Counted from the first letter of the whole stretch, positions 1 through 12,529 are shown. The stretch is DNA of 63,985 bases, filler included, from Octopus bimaculoides (GCF_001194135.2; 7 parts of 6 records of this genome joined end to end with filler, not necessarily neighbours in it), one strand, 5' to 3'. Made by a program: numbers and translations. Notes: generated from the sequence alone by a model not told the origin.

Positions 1-160
1 ACTCTCTGAGTGGTTGGCGTTAGGAAGGGCATCCAGCTGTAGAAACTCTGCCAAATTAGATTGGAGCCTGGTGTTGCCATCCGGTTTCACCAGTCCTCAG
101 TCAGATCGTCCAACCCATGCTAGCATGGAAAGCGGACGTTAAACGACGATGATGATGATG
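1..160 (+). mobile_element. 3' part of an abundant octopod SINE
   Basis: Near-identical copies at 2612-2770 (minus), 60428-60582 and 60908-61070; ends in an (ATG)n/(TA)n tail. Confidence 0.75.
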
Positions 161-1044
161 ATGATATATATATATATATATATATATGACGGGCTTCTTT
201 CAGTTTCTGTCAACCAAATCCACTCACAAAGCTTTGGTCAGCTTAAGGCTATAGTAGAGAACACTTGCCCAAGGTGCCACGCAGTGAGACTGAAGCTAGA
301 ACCATGTGGTTGGGAAGCAAGCTACTTACCATCCAACCCATGCCAGTATGAACAACATATGCTAAATGATGATGATGATGATGATATATACTGTTATACT
401 TGGGGATGGTCATGTTTCGTCAATTAAGCACACACACACTCATGCAAGTGTTTGATTGAAAAAATATGGCCATCCCCAATTGTAACAATATCTGTTTCAA
501 CACACAATTTTGTATCAAGAATCTTGTAAAACAAATACATATTCATGTATGTGTATGTGTTTGTTGTGTATATGTGTATATGTGTATGTATATATCTATA
601 TATATATATATACTTATACACATAAACACACTCACATATATCCAGATATATGACGTATACATACCCACATACAATTATACATCATATATATATATATACA
701 CACACACTTACATATATAAGCATACATACAAAAACACACACATACATACACCCTAATGCACACACAGATAAACAATATGTTGTTGGATATTTGGGATGAT
801 TAAGTGTTACTATGAAACCATAGAAGTAAACGATAGCACAGAACTTGATTGATAAGAATCTTTGCCAGTAAACAGCTTTAACTAACAGAGAAGCCTGTCT
901 ACACTTACTTGCTCTGCCAGAAGTAGCAGCCAAGTTTCACTCGTATCACATCTTACCAACTTAAAAAAATAAGTATACATTTAATTATTTTTTATCTTAT
1001 ATAAATTTTGTTGGAGAAAAAGAAAGAGAAAATGTGACTATTAC

Positions 1045-1593
1045 AGGCGCAAGAGTGGCTGTGTGGTAAGTAGCTTGCTTCTCAACCACATGGTTCCGGG
1101 TTCAGTCCCACTGCATGGCACCTAGGGTGAGTGTCTTCTGCTAGAGTTTCGGGCCGACCAAAGCCTTGTGAGTAGATTTGGTAGATGGAAACTCTGTGTG
1201 TGTGTGTGTGTGCGTTTGTGTGTGTGTATGTGGGGGGTTGTGTGCCTGTGTTTGTCCCCGCCACCATCGCTTGACAACCAATGTTGGTGTGTTTACGTCC
1301 TTGTAACTTAGCAGTTCAGCAAAAGAGACCGATAGAATAAATTACTCGGCTTACAAAGAATAAGTCCTGGGATCAATTTGTTTGGCATGGCTGCAGTCAA
1401 ATGACTGAAACAAGAATATAAGAATACTGTCTTCATTCTCTGTAAATTTCCTATATCTTTTATTTGTTTTAGCCAAAGGGCTGTGGCCAAGCTGGGGCAC
1501 CACTTTGAAAAATCCTACGGTCGATTTGTTCAACTAAAGGCGGTGCTCCAGCATGGCCACAGTCAAATGACTGAAACGAAAGAACAAAAGAAT
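1045..1593 (+). mobile_element. tRNA-derived SINE
   Basis: A box tggctgtgtggt (1056-1067) and B box ggttcagtccc (1099-1109). The shared body recurs at 2380-2545, 5911-6305, 32860-33070 and 42980-43200, and in reverse at 52880-53045 and 56515-56680. Confidence 0.8.
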
Positions 1594-2608
1594 TACAGCT
1601 GATCATGTCTGTTTGATGAGATCTAACTTAGGGCTAAACAATAAAACAGCTCCTGGCCCCACAAGCCAGAGGGTCAGCTTGTAAGGGGTTGTTTCATCTA
1701 TCATGGTTGTCACAGGCCAAAGTGAGAAGAATAAGTTCCAGTTAAGAACTGATTATTGACTAAATCAACAGTAATTCTTTCCTTAAAATCTTAAATGCCT
1801 TTGAACTGAGAAAAAAAAAAACAATTACTATAGGCATGGCTGTGTGGTAAGAAGCTTGTTTCCCAACCACATGGTTCTGGGTTCAGTCCCATTCCATGAA
1901 ACCTGCCTTTTGCTATAGCCTCAAGCTAACCAAAGCCTTGTTTTGGTGCTGTGCAATGGGACTGAACCCTAAACCACATGATTGCAAAATGAGCTGCTTA
2001 ACCACACAGCTATGCTTAAATTAGTGAGGTAGCGACGACCTTACATGTTGAACATGTAATTCAATATAGTTGATACAAGAATTGTCAAGGAATAAATAAA
2101 GCCTGCTGTTTGAGTGAGCGAGACACAGCTATATAATAATAACAATAATGTAGAAGTGATTAACAGGAAATGGATTTCTGCTGGATAGATAAATGGATGG
2201 AAAGAGAGTGGGCAGAGGAAAGAAGGAGAGGGAGAAACAAAATTACTACTTGATACACACACACACACAGACACACACACACACAGACACACAGAAAGAC
2301 AAAATAGGTACTGAGAGGCAGAGAAATTATTCCAAATGTTCAATGATAAATCAAAGGATATATTTATATTTATGTATGTAGGTACAGGCATGGCTGTGTG
2401 GTAAGAAGATTGCTTCACAACCTCGTGGTCCCAGGTTCAAATACCACTGCATGGAACCTTGAGCAAGTGTCTTCAACTATCACCTCAGGTTGACCAAAGC
2501 CTTGTGAGTGGATTTGGTAGACAGAAACTGAAAGAAGCCCGTCGTATATATATATATATATATATATATGCTAGCATGGAAGGTGGATGTTAAACGATGA
2601 TGATGATG

Positions 2609-2791
2609 ATCGTCGTCATTTAACGTCCGCTTTCCATGCTAGCATGGGTTGGACGATTTGACTGAGGACTGGTGAAACCAGATGGCTACACCAGGCTCCA
2701 ATCTGATTTGGCAGAGTTTCTACAGCTGGATGCCCTTCCTAACGCCAACCACTCAGAGAGTGTAGTGGGTGCTTTTACGTGTCACCCGCAC
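2609..2791 (-). mobile_element. Young SINE copy (reverse of the family at 1-160)
   Basis: Reverse complement of the sequences at 1-160 and 60428-60582, with CpGs retained. Confidence 0.8.
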
Positions 2792-3060
2792 NNNNNNNNN
2801 NNNNNNNNNNNNNNNNNNNNNNNNNNNNNNNNNNNNNNNNNNNNNNNNNNNNNNNNNNNNNNNNNNNNNNNNNNNNNNNNNNNNNNNNNNNNNNNNNNNN
2901 NNNNNNNNNNNNNNNNNNNNNNNNNNNNNNNNNNNNNNNNNNNNNNNNNNNNNNNNNNNNNNNNNNNNNNNNNNNNNNNNNNNNNNNNNNNNNNNNNNNN
3001 NNNNNNNNNNNNNNNNNNNNNNNNNNNNNNNNNNNNNNNNNNNNNNNNNNNNNNNNNNNN

Positions 3061-3099
<39 letters not shown>

Positions 3100-3509
3100 T
3101 TGTCATCAACATTATCATCAGTTAATGCCCGTAGTCCATGCTGGCATGGGTTGGACAGTTTGACCAGGGCTGGCAAGCCGAGTAACTACACCAGACTCCA
3201 GTCTGACTTGGCATGGTTTCTACCACTAGGTGCCCTTCCTAATACCAGCCACTCCAAGAGTGTAATGGGTGCTTTTACATGCCACTGGCACAGGTGCCAG
3301 TTGCATGACACCGGTATCTGCCACAACTATGATTTCACTTGGCTTGATGAGTTTTCTTCTTAAACAATCCATATTGCCAAGGTTCTCAGTCATTAGTCAT
3401 TGCCTCTGTGAGGCCCAGTGCTGAAATGGCGTTTTAATATACCACCAGCATGGCTGCATGTTACGCAGCACTGGCATCGGCCACATTGCTTCTGCGAGGC
3501 AATGTGGCC

Positions 3510-3547
<38 letters not shown>

Positions 3548-3559
3548 CAACATTCCCTT

Positions 3560-3958
3560 TTATTCCTGGGAAAACAAGGCATCAAAATGCAGGGCCTGGT
3601 GCTAGTCCTGTTTCTCCTCAGTGCAAAGATTTGAGAAAAGTCGACTCCAACATCAGGACAAACTTCATGCAAGCATGAAGACGCACTGGTAAAATGTTGC
3701 TCCTCTAACTGAAAACCTTACATGTCATTGTGGTTTTGTGGCACAAAGCAAAGCAGGCCTTGCTGCTCACTGAAGAAAACACGTAGCAAATGATCTACAA
3801 GCACTCAAGCAAACTCAGTCCTCAACTTGTTCCCTTTGCCAAAAGGTTTTCAAGGCATCAGCAGGCCTCAAGAAACACATTCATGTCCATAGAACATCAT
3901 TACCGCTTCATTTTACTGAGCCCTCAGTTGTCATTCCGGACGAGAGACTCCACCATAT
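3560..3958 (+). mobile_element. RTE-like LINE 3' end carrying two C2H2-type zinc fingers
   Basis: CHCGFVAQSKAGLAAH*RKH (3723-3782; TGA at 3771) and CSLCQKVFKASAGLKKHIHVH (3828-3890) in one frame, then an RTE-like terminus (gtcattccggacgagagactcc) and (TG)n. Confidence 0.55.
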
Positions 3959-4010
3959 GTACATATTTATGTGTGTGTGTGTGTGTGTATGTATGTATAT
4001 ATATATATAT

Positions 4011-4042
<32 letters not shown>

Positions 4043-4898
4043 TATGTAGGGAGGGTAAAATATAAGCTGTGTGCTCTTGGAACATGTCTGCTTATTCTAG
4101 TATTACAATCCAGTGTGTACTTGTAGTTGTATGGAATTGAAAATTCTGGAAATATTGTTTACAAGTTATTATATAACAAAACAGGAAATTGGATAATTTA
4201 CCAAAAATTTCTCCAACTTCCTGTTTTGTAACATATGTATATATATATATATATATNNNNNNNNNNNNNNNNNNNNNNNNNNNNNNNNNNNNNNNNNNNN
4301 NNNNNNNNNNNNNNNNNNNNNNNNNNNNNNNNNNNNNNNNNNNNNNNNNNNNNNNNNNNNNNNNNNNNNNNNNNNNNNNNNNNNNNNNNNNNNNNNNNNN
4401 NNNNNNNNNNNNNNNNNNNNNNNNNNNNNNNNNNNNNNNNNNNNNNNNNNNNNNNNNNNNNNNNNNNNNNNNNNNNNNNNNNNNNNNNNNNNNNNNNNNN
4501 NNNNNNNNNNNNNNNNNNNNNNNNNNNNNNNNNNNNNNNNNNNNNNNNNNNNNNNNNNNNNNNNNNNNNNNNNNNNNNNNNNNNNNNNNNNNNNNNNNNN
4601 NNNNNNNNNNNNNNNNNNNNNNNNNNNNNNNNNNNNNNNNNNNNNNNNNNNNNNNNNNNNNNNNNNNNNNNNNNNNNNNNNNNNNNNNNNNNNNNNNNNN
4701 NNNNNNNNNNNNNNNNNNNNNNNNNNNNNNNNNNNNNNNNNNNNNNNNNNNNNNNNNNNNNNNNNNNNNNNNNNNNNNNNNNNNNNNNNNNNNNNNNNNN
4801 NNNNNNNNNNNNNNNNNNNNNNNNNNNNNNNNNNNNNNNNNNNNNNNNNNNNNNNNNNNNNNNNNNNNNNNNNNNNNNNNNNNNNNNNNNNNNNNNNN

Positions 4899-4929
<31 letters not shown>

Positions 4930-5910
4930 AAGAGGAATTAATGTAAAAATACATTACACAGGATATATCGTAAACAAATCAAAATTATTAACAAATTTAT
5001 CAGTGGCCAGAATATGCAATCAAAAGTTTATTTTATCAAAGAAGAGCATATAATTGTGAATAAATCACAATTATAACAGAGAGGGTTATAAAAACCCTTA
5101 CATGTCTAGAAATAGCAGTCAACTGCTATAAAGCTACTATAATCACTCATATTTAATCTCCTCAACTATAAAAGCTGTCGGCAAGCAACATGACATAAGA
5201 ATCTAAAATTTCTATAACAATAAAAGGTTAGTCTTCTGTTGCAATTTCGAAGTTAGGAACCAAAAGTGGATCCATTCCTGTACATAGATTTTAACACAAA
5301 AACCATACCTTGGGGCTTAACATGTGTCCCGACAGGCAGGAATAATGTGTCAACCTCTATCTACGCAATTCAAATTCTGAATTCAAATGTCATGCATAGC
5401 GTTTATAAGACGAAACCAGTTAAACGAGCCACAGCAAAAAAAACTGGATAAGAGTGAAAAATAAATAACAAAAGAAGAGGAATGAACGCAAAAATATATT
5501 ACGCAGAATATATAGTAAACAATTCAAAATTATTTGCAAATATATCAGTGGCCAGAACATGTAATCAAAAAGGTGAAAGTAATAATCTCTTCTGCTACAG
5601 GTACAAGGCCAGAAATTTGGGGAGAAGGGACTAGTCGATTACATCGACCCCTGTAGCCCACTGGTACTTAATTTATTGACCCTGAAAGGATAAAAGGCAA
5701 AAATCAACCCCAGCAGAATTTGAACTCAGAACATAAAGATGGATGAAATAGCTAAGCATTTGCCAAGCATGCTAACAATTCTGCCAGCTCAATAATAACA
5801 ACAACAACAACAACAACAATCCTTCTGTGCAAAGGGAGGAGAGAGAGAGAGAGAGAATATTCATAAAATAAAAGAAGGAAAGGAAGGGATATACAGAGGT
5901 GATTGTATGT

Positions 5911-6305
5911 AGGCACAGGGGTAGCTGTGTGGTAAGGAGCTTACCTACCAACTACATGGTTCCAGGTTCAGTCCCACTGTGTGGCACCTTGGGCCAAGTG
6001 TCTTCTACTATAGCCTCGGGCTAACCAAAGCCTTGTGAGTGGATTTCGTAGATGGAAACTGAAAGAAGCCCGTCGTATATATACATGTATATGTATGTGT
6101 ATATGTTTGTGTGTCTGTATTTGTCCCCCCTCCAACATCGCTTGACAACCGATGGTGGTGTGTTTACATACTCGTAACTAAGCGCTATAGTAAGTACTAG
6201 GCTTACAAAGAATAAGTCTTGGTGTTGATTTGCTCGACTAAAGGTGGTGCTCCGGCATGACCGCAGTCAAATGACTGAAACAAGTAAAAGAATAAAAGAA
6301 TAAAT
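5911..6305 (+). mobile_element. tRNA-derived SINE
   Basis: A box tagctgtgtggt, B box ggttcagtccc, same body as 1045-1593. Confidence 0.8.
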
Positions 6306-6344
6306 AGAAGGATTAACAGAGAATCTTGCCTCTCACAATTTAGA

Positions 6345-6965
6345 AACATTTCTTGTGGCCCCAGCAGACAAAATGGAAAAGGTGTTGTGCCAGAGGGCAG
6401 CGAGGGAGATGTGTTGAAACAGTCATTTGCACTCATAGGGCTCACTTTGGCAGACAGCAATCTCTGCCCCAATAATGGTGAGCAGGGATATGGCCCAGGG
6501 GCTGAGAATGCTGGAAGTCTCAACTGTCACAGGCTTCACCGCAAACCTGTCAGAGAGTGACCAATACTTTGACCATTTGTTTTTCTCAGCCTGACACGTA
6601 GCAGACCCTGGGCTGGTAGCTGACAACACCAAGTTGCCATTGGAGAAGATGTCACAACATGTGGCATCCCACATGATGGAGGGGGACTTACCATCACGGA
6701 ATGGGGAAAACTGTCATACCATCTAGGCTTTTACCATTCCCTTGGTCTAGCCCCAATGGCTCAAGCTGGGAAAGGAACCATGCTTTATGATCTTGTTATG
6801 GGCTGCATGGCACGGAAGCTGGCCAGCGGTTCCAAGTTACTATGGTGGTTGAAAAAGGTTGGGAATGTGTATTGTATATGTTGCATGGAGGCCAGAGAAA
6901 GATGTCTTGTGCATCGCACATGACAGAGAGGCCAGGCAAAGAGTTAAACTCAATGCAAGAATCTT
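6345..6965 (-). mobile_element. CRE-clade non-LTR retrotransposon 3' remnant (zinc-knuckle region plus endonuclease)
   Basis: TAGQLPCHAAHNKIIK; EPLGLDQGNGKSLDGMTVFP; WDATCCDIFS...AEKNKWSKYWSLSDRFAVKPVTVETS. These match the CRE-type RHxxxN..EP.GL....KRPDG.T..P....WDATC.DT...E..K..KY pattern. Confidence 0.75.
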
Positions 6966-7149
6966 TATCTCGTTACTTTAAGAATTCATAGAAAAACCGT
7001 TCCTTCTACACTGATTGGTGACAAAGTCATTCTATCTCATGATTTTGTATAGGTGCACACACCCACATGACAATGTCTTAGAAACATGGTAAACACTGAG
7101 ACTCAAAAACACAAATTGTGATAAGTACATATGTAGGCGTACATAAAGT

Positions 7150-7204
<55 letters not shown>

Positions 7205-7599
7205 ATGAAGCAAATAATAACAACAGGACAATCTTCATTTAAGTATTACGCAGAATGTACGTGTATATTTGTATTGTTATTGTTGTTAAATGTGTGTGTG
7301 TGTTGGTGAGGGTATGTACATTATCAAGCAGGTGATGATGTTTATATTTTTAGTGTTTCCTCTTAGTGTTTCCATGTGTGCCAAATGCACGTTTATATAT
7401 ACATATATGCATATATACATATAAACATTTATCTGTATATATGTGTGCATGTATGTATACATATATATATATATATATATACATGCACACACATGTACAT
7501 CCCTACATATATATATACATACATATACATCCCTACATATATATNNNNNNNNNNNNNNNNNNNNNNNNNNNNNNNNNNNNNNNNNNNNNNNNNNNNNNN

Positions 7600-7633
<34 letters not shown>

Positions 7634-8847
7634 CCACTCAACCACTCAACAATGCTTATAAACAAAGATAAATATACAAATAGAGGCAAGTACGTATGTA
7701 GGTGAAACTAAAATCACACTTATACACATGCATATACATGTGTACACATGGACACATGCACACACACACATACACGCAAAAAAAACACACATTAATTAGA
7801 TAAAAAAATAACAGTACAGATCAATCTTCATTCAAGTAGAACACAAAATGTGTGAGTGTGTATATGTGTACATGTGTATCATTGTATGTCTAAATGTATG
7901 TGTACTGTGATATTGCATGTGTATATGCATATTTTAACGAAGTTAGGTGACATGTGTTGAGGTGTGTATTTTCTCATGAATGTTGGTGTTGTTTATTCTT
8001 ACCGTTTCCTCTAATTGTTTCCATGTGTACAAAATGCACATGGCTAATGTAACTATATATGCCACAAATATGAACATATATGTATGTAGATATATGCACA
8101 TACACACACACACACACCGGTTGTCAAGCGAGACTGGGGGGGGGAGAACAGACACACAAACATATACAGATCAATCTTCATTCAAATAGAACACAAAATG
8201 TGTGTATGTGTGTGTGCATGTATCGTTGTATGTCTACATGCATGTGTACTGTGATATTGCATGCATATATACATGTGTTGATGAAGTTGGGTGATATGTG
8301 TTGACGTGTATTTTCTCATGGATGTTGGTGTTGTTTATTCTTACCATTTCCTGTTGGTGCCACATAAATTGCACCTGTACTGGTGCTGCATAAATTGCAC
8401 CTGTGCTGGTGCCGCATAAATTTCACCTGTGCTGCTGCTACGTAAAAAAGCACCCAGTGAACTCTATAAAATGTTTGACATTAGGAAGTGCATCCGGCTG
8501 TAGTATCCATGCGAAAACAGACAACCGGAGCCTGGTGTGGCACTGTGGCTTGCCAGCTCCTGTCAAACCAACCAACCCATATCAGCAGGGAAAACGGGCC
8601 TTAAATGATAATGGGGAAGTTAGGGTGGGAGGAGGTATAGTGAGCAGAGGGGCAGGTAAAGAAAGAGAGAAAGAGAGAGAGAGACATGTAAGGGAAGGGG
8701 GAATGGTAACACAGAGATGAGAAGAAATAAACATCATCACAGAATCAAACACATATTTGCATGTGTAGACACACGTGTGTGATTATACATTACACATATA
8801 GATGTCATAGCATTACATACAGGGACAGTGGCAAGAAATATATCACA

Positions 8848-9755
8848 GATTGTTGGTTCTCAACTGAGGTCCACATAAGGTTTGTTGGGGGTCCATGCAA
8901 GCAAAATAGCAAATTGGGGATCCACAATAGTATTTTAAGAGTTCATGAAAATATTTTTGTTTTAGGTGTATTATTGCAAGATTCTGCTAGGGTTTTTTTT
9001 TTGTCCGTTTTACATCATTCATCATGCTTCCAGCCATTGAAACATGTTCTCTCATATTCTATTGCAAATCTACACAAGTGAATGGGTGAAAAACAAAATA
9101 AAAAAAACAAAATAAAACAAAACAGAAATTTTGAAAGAAGTACCTATAGCCCTAATTTTTTAAACATCAGGGTTCACTAGAGTAGGGTGCATACATCAAT
9201 GACTGATGTATGTACCCTACTCTAGGGTGTTTCGGGTCTTTCGACATCATCGGGTATCATCGGGTGTTTCGGGTCTTTTGACATCATACACCCTCCTCCA
9301 GGTGACCCAGCTGGGGCTGATCAGACCCCAGCTTGTGTCCAGATGGCCAGCTAGCCACCCCATGGCTCTCTTCCTTTGATCCACAGCCATCTTGAGGCCT
9401 TCTCTGCCGCATCGGTTCTACTGCCGATGGCCTTCCTCCTTCTCACTCCCTCAATGCCCGAACTGCTAAAGGCTCTAGTCAGGGAATGGGCTGCGAACCC
9501 CCCGCATCCAGCCTCCACTGGGAGACACCTCACTCTCCAGCCAGCCCACCGGCAGTCAGTGACCAGACCCGTGTACTTGGAGAGCTTTCTCTCAAAAGCT
9601 TCTTCCAGGTGGTCTTCCCATGAGACAGTCAGCTCCAGCAGCACCACTTGCTTGGTGGACTCAGACACAAGGACAATGTCTGGTCGCAGAGTAAAATAGT
9701 AATGAAAGGGGTCCATAAGTCAAGAAATGATTCAGAGTCCCTGTTATAGATAATA
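8848..9755. mobile_element. Old hAT-like/MITE element interrupted by the Hero fragment
   Basis: Degenerate ends ggttctcaactgaggtccac near 8855 and ggggtccataagtcaagaaatgattcagagtccctg near 9708-9744 flank the Hero insertion. Family assignment is by recall only. Confidence 0.4.
9165..9692 (-). mobile_element. 5'-truncated Hero-like (restriction-endonuclease) non-LTR retrotransposon: endonuclease domain plus 3' UTR
   Basis: Uninterrupted TLRPDIVLVSESTKQVVLLELTVSWEDHLEEAFERKLSKY...PVEAGCGGF...AAEKASRWLWIK, followed by a 3' UTR (gctggggtctgatcagccccagctgggtcacctggaggagggtgt...gacccgaaacaccc) that I recall as typical of Hero elements. Confidence 0.82.
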
Positions 9756-11025
9756 GAAATGTAATAAATAGACACTTTCTCAAAGTTGAAAATTTTGAAG
9801 GCATTGTCTAGTAAATACCAATGACTTGTACAAAGACATATGAATTGAACCATTAGGGATTATGTAAAATTTAATTTTTACTCCAACAAATACATATATT
9901 CACTGACATCACCTCCTTAGCACTACTTCAACCATAACTGCTAAAGAGATGACATTGAAGAATTTGTTGGTTTATTTTTATTATTTGACTACAATCAGAT
10001 CAAAAAACCATTAAGTCTCAAAGTCCCCTCACCTCAATGGATCAAGTTGTTAACACATGTTGTCTGCAATAAGAAGTTGTTCTCTGTCTACAAAATACAA
10101 CGGCGATTAGCATCTTCAGGCTCGAATCTGCCAGAACAAATTGAGAATGATTTTGTACATCATTATTTTGAATTTCACTGTTCCCCATGCATGTGGCAAT
10201 TTATCTTCTGTTTGGCACACATCAACATGCACCTCCTCTATACTGAGACAATTATCTCTGTCCTTCTATCATACTCTAACTTCTGGCCAGGCACCTCTTC
10301 TCTTGGTTCTACTCCCTCTTTCAAGAGGCTTTCGTCTTGCAAGTTATTTGGTGACTCTGCTGCTGGCTGGTGTCACATAAAACGCATCTGTGCTTGTGCC
10401 ATGTATAAAGCTCCTATGCAGGTGCCATGTAAAATCACCTGTGCAAGTGCCACATGAAAAGCACCCAACACACCCTGTAAAGTGGTTGGCATTAAGCACG
10501 GTATCCAACCATAGAAACCATATCAAATCAGACAACTGGTGCCTAGTGCAGTTCTGTGGTATGCTAGCTCCTGTCAAACCATCCAACCCATGCCAACATG
10601 GAAAGCAAACATTAAATGATGACGATGAATTCTATAAACAAAAGCCAGAACCTTTGTTCAAATTCATTGATCCAGGAGTAGCTTTGACTGAAGAGACAAC
10701 TAGGTTGAAACACTGCAGTGTCTCAAAGTCCCCTCAAGTGTGCTGTGACTACACATTGTTTGAAAGGAGTTGTTCTCCATAAACAAAATGCAATAAAGAT
10801 TAGCATTTTCAAAATAAAAAAAAAAAGCCAGAGCATATTACCTTCAAATTTAGGCACATGAGAGAGGTATGTCAATTACATTGACTGCAGGGTCCAACTG
10901 ATACTTACTTTCCAGACCCCCAAAAGCATGAAAGATAGAGTCAATGTCAGCAGAAATTTAAACTCAGAATGTAAAGATGGATGAAATGTCATTTAGCATT
11001 TGCCAAGTGTGCTAACAATACTGCC

Positions 11026-11057
<32 letters not shown>

Positions 11058-11072
11058 TAATAATAATAATAA

Positions 11073-11440
11073 TAAGAGCACTCAGAGAGCGCAAACCTCT
11101 GTCAAGGCAACACCAATGTCCTCTCAATGATTAGCCGGAGATGATTTTTAAAATGAGAATATCTGAAATGAACTCGACTGCTCTCAAAAACTAGAATACT
11201 AAATATGAATCCAACTGCTCTCAAAAATTAAGTAAAAAAACAGGAGAAATAATCCAGAATCCTTGTCTGGTACCAGATCAATATCAAAATCTAATCAGTT
11301 TGTGCCAGTCACAAGGCCAAACATCCCTGAAAGTTTCATGCGAATCCATCCATCAGTTCTTGAAATATCTTGTCCATGGACAAACAAACAAACATGACTG
11401 AAAGCAATATCTCTACCTTCGCTAAGGTGGAAGTAATAAT
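11073..11440 (+). mobile_element. Non-autonomous Helentron/DINE-like element
   Basis: Starts aagagcactcagagagcgcaaacctct inside (TAA)n, contains a (CAAA)n stretch, and ends in the hairpin ctaccttcgctaaggtggaagtaat. Assignment is from recalled structure. Confidence 0.55.
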
Positions 11441-12529
11441 CCCTTCCACTAAAGGTACAAGGCCAGAAATTTGGGGAGAAGGGACTAGTCGATTACGTCG
11501 ACCCCTATGGCCCACTGGTACTTAATTTATTGACCCTGAAATGATAAAAGGCAAAAATTAACCCCAGCAGAATTTGAACTCAGAACATAAAGATGAATGA
11601 AATACCTAAGCATTTGCCAAGCATGCTAACAATTCTGCCAGCTCAATAATAACAACAACAACAACAACAACAATCTTATCTATTATATTCACAAGGCCTG
11701 AAATTTTAGGGGAGAGGTTTAGTTGATTTCATCAACCCCAGTGCTTCAGTGATACTTAATTTCTTAACCCCGAAAGGATGAAAGGCAAAGTCAACCTCAG
11801 CAGAATCTGAATTCAGAACGTAAAGATGGACAAAATTCTGTTGAGCGTTTTGACCAGCATGCTAATGACTCTTCCAGCTTGCTGCTTTAAAATGTAATCA
11901 ACAAAACATCAGCTTACCAATTTATAGATTTTGTTAGTTATTATGTTATGAATATTTGTGAAATCCAGATAAAGAAAGAAGGAAAGATTTGCATTATAGT
12001 TGTGCCTGTTTGTGTCAAAATTACATCATAACAATGCACTAGTTGCATTACAGTTATATTATAGTTGTACAATGATTGTATTATAGTTGTGCTATAGTTC
12101 TCTAATAGTTGCACCATAATTGACTTATATCTGTGCCACAGTTGCCTCATAGTTGTACTTAGTTGTCATAATTTTCAAGTAGCTGTACCACACTTGTGAC
12201 AAAGTTGTGCTGTGGATGTGCATAACATGTGCTTTAGTTGTACCATTGTTGCACCATGGATATGCAAAAGCTTTTTTTTTTGAAAGAGTTTGTTCTAATT
12301 TCTCAGAACAGAAAAGCATTGCAAATACAAAAAAAAAATCAGAAGAAAAAAAACAAAAAGAATAGAACAAAAACTTCGACGCAAGCACAAAAAAATTTTC
12401 TTTTCACCCCCAAATCTCATCGCTGATCTCACATATAACTCCACAGCAGGACAACAGCAGCATCTTGCATGGTTATCGGTAATCATCAGTACCAATGATA
12501 ACATTATATACACAGGCATGTGTGTAGAT

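Noticed and set aside
1045-1110. tRNA genes at the A/B-box motifs (also 2380, 5911, 25714, 63647)
   Set aside because: The boxes are fused to shared SINE bodies and tails, and no complete cloverleaf is evident.
9930-10340. Possible piggyBac-like coding remnant (DDIEEFVGLFLLF)
   Set aside because: Only one weak motif, with no TIR or TTAA support.
12000-12260. Degenerate 11-bp atagttgYacc repeat
   Set aside because: An ordinary decayed minisatellite with no further structure.
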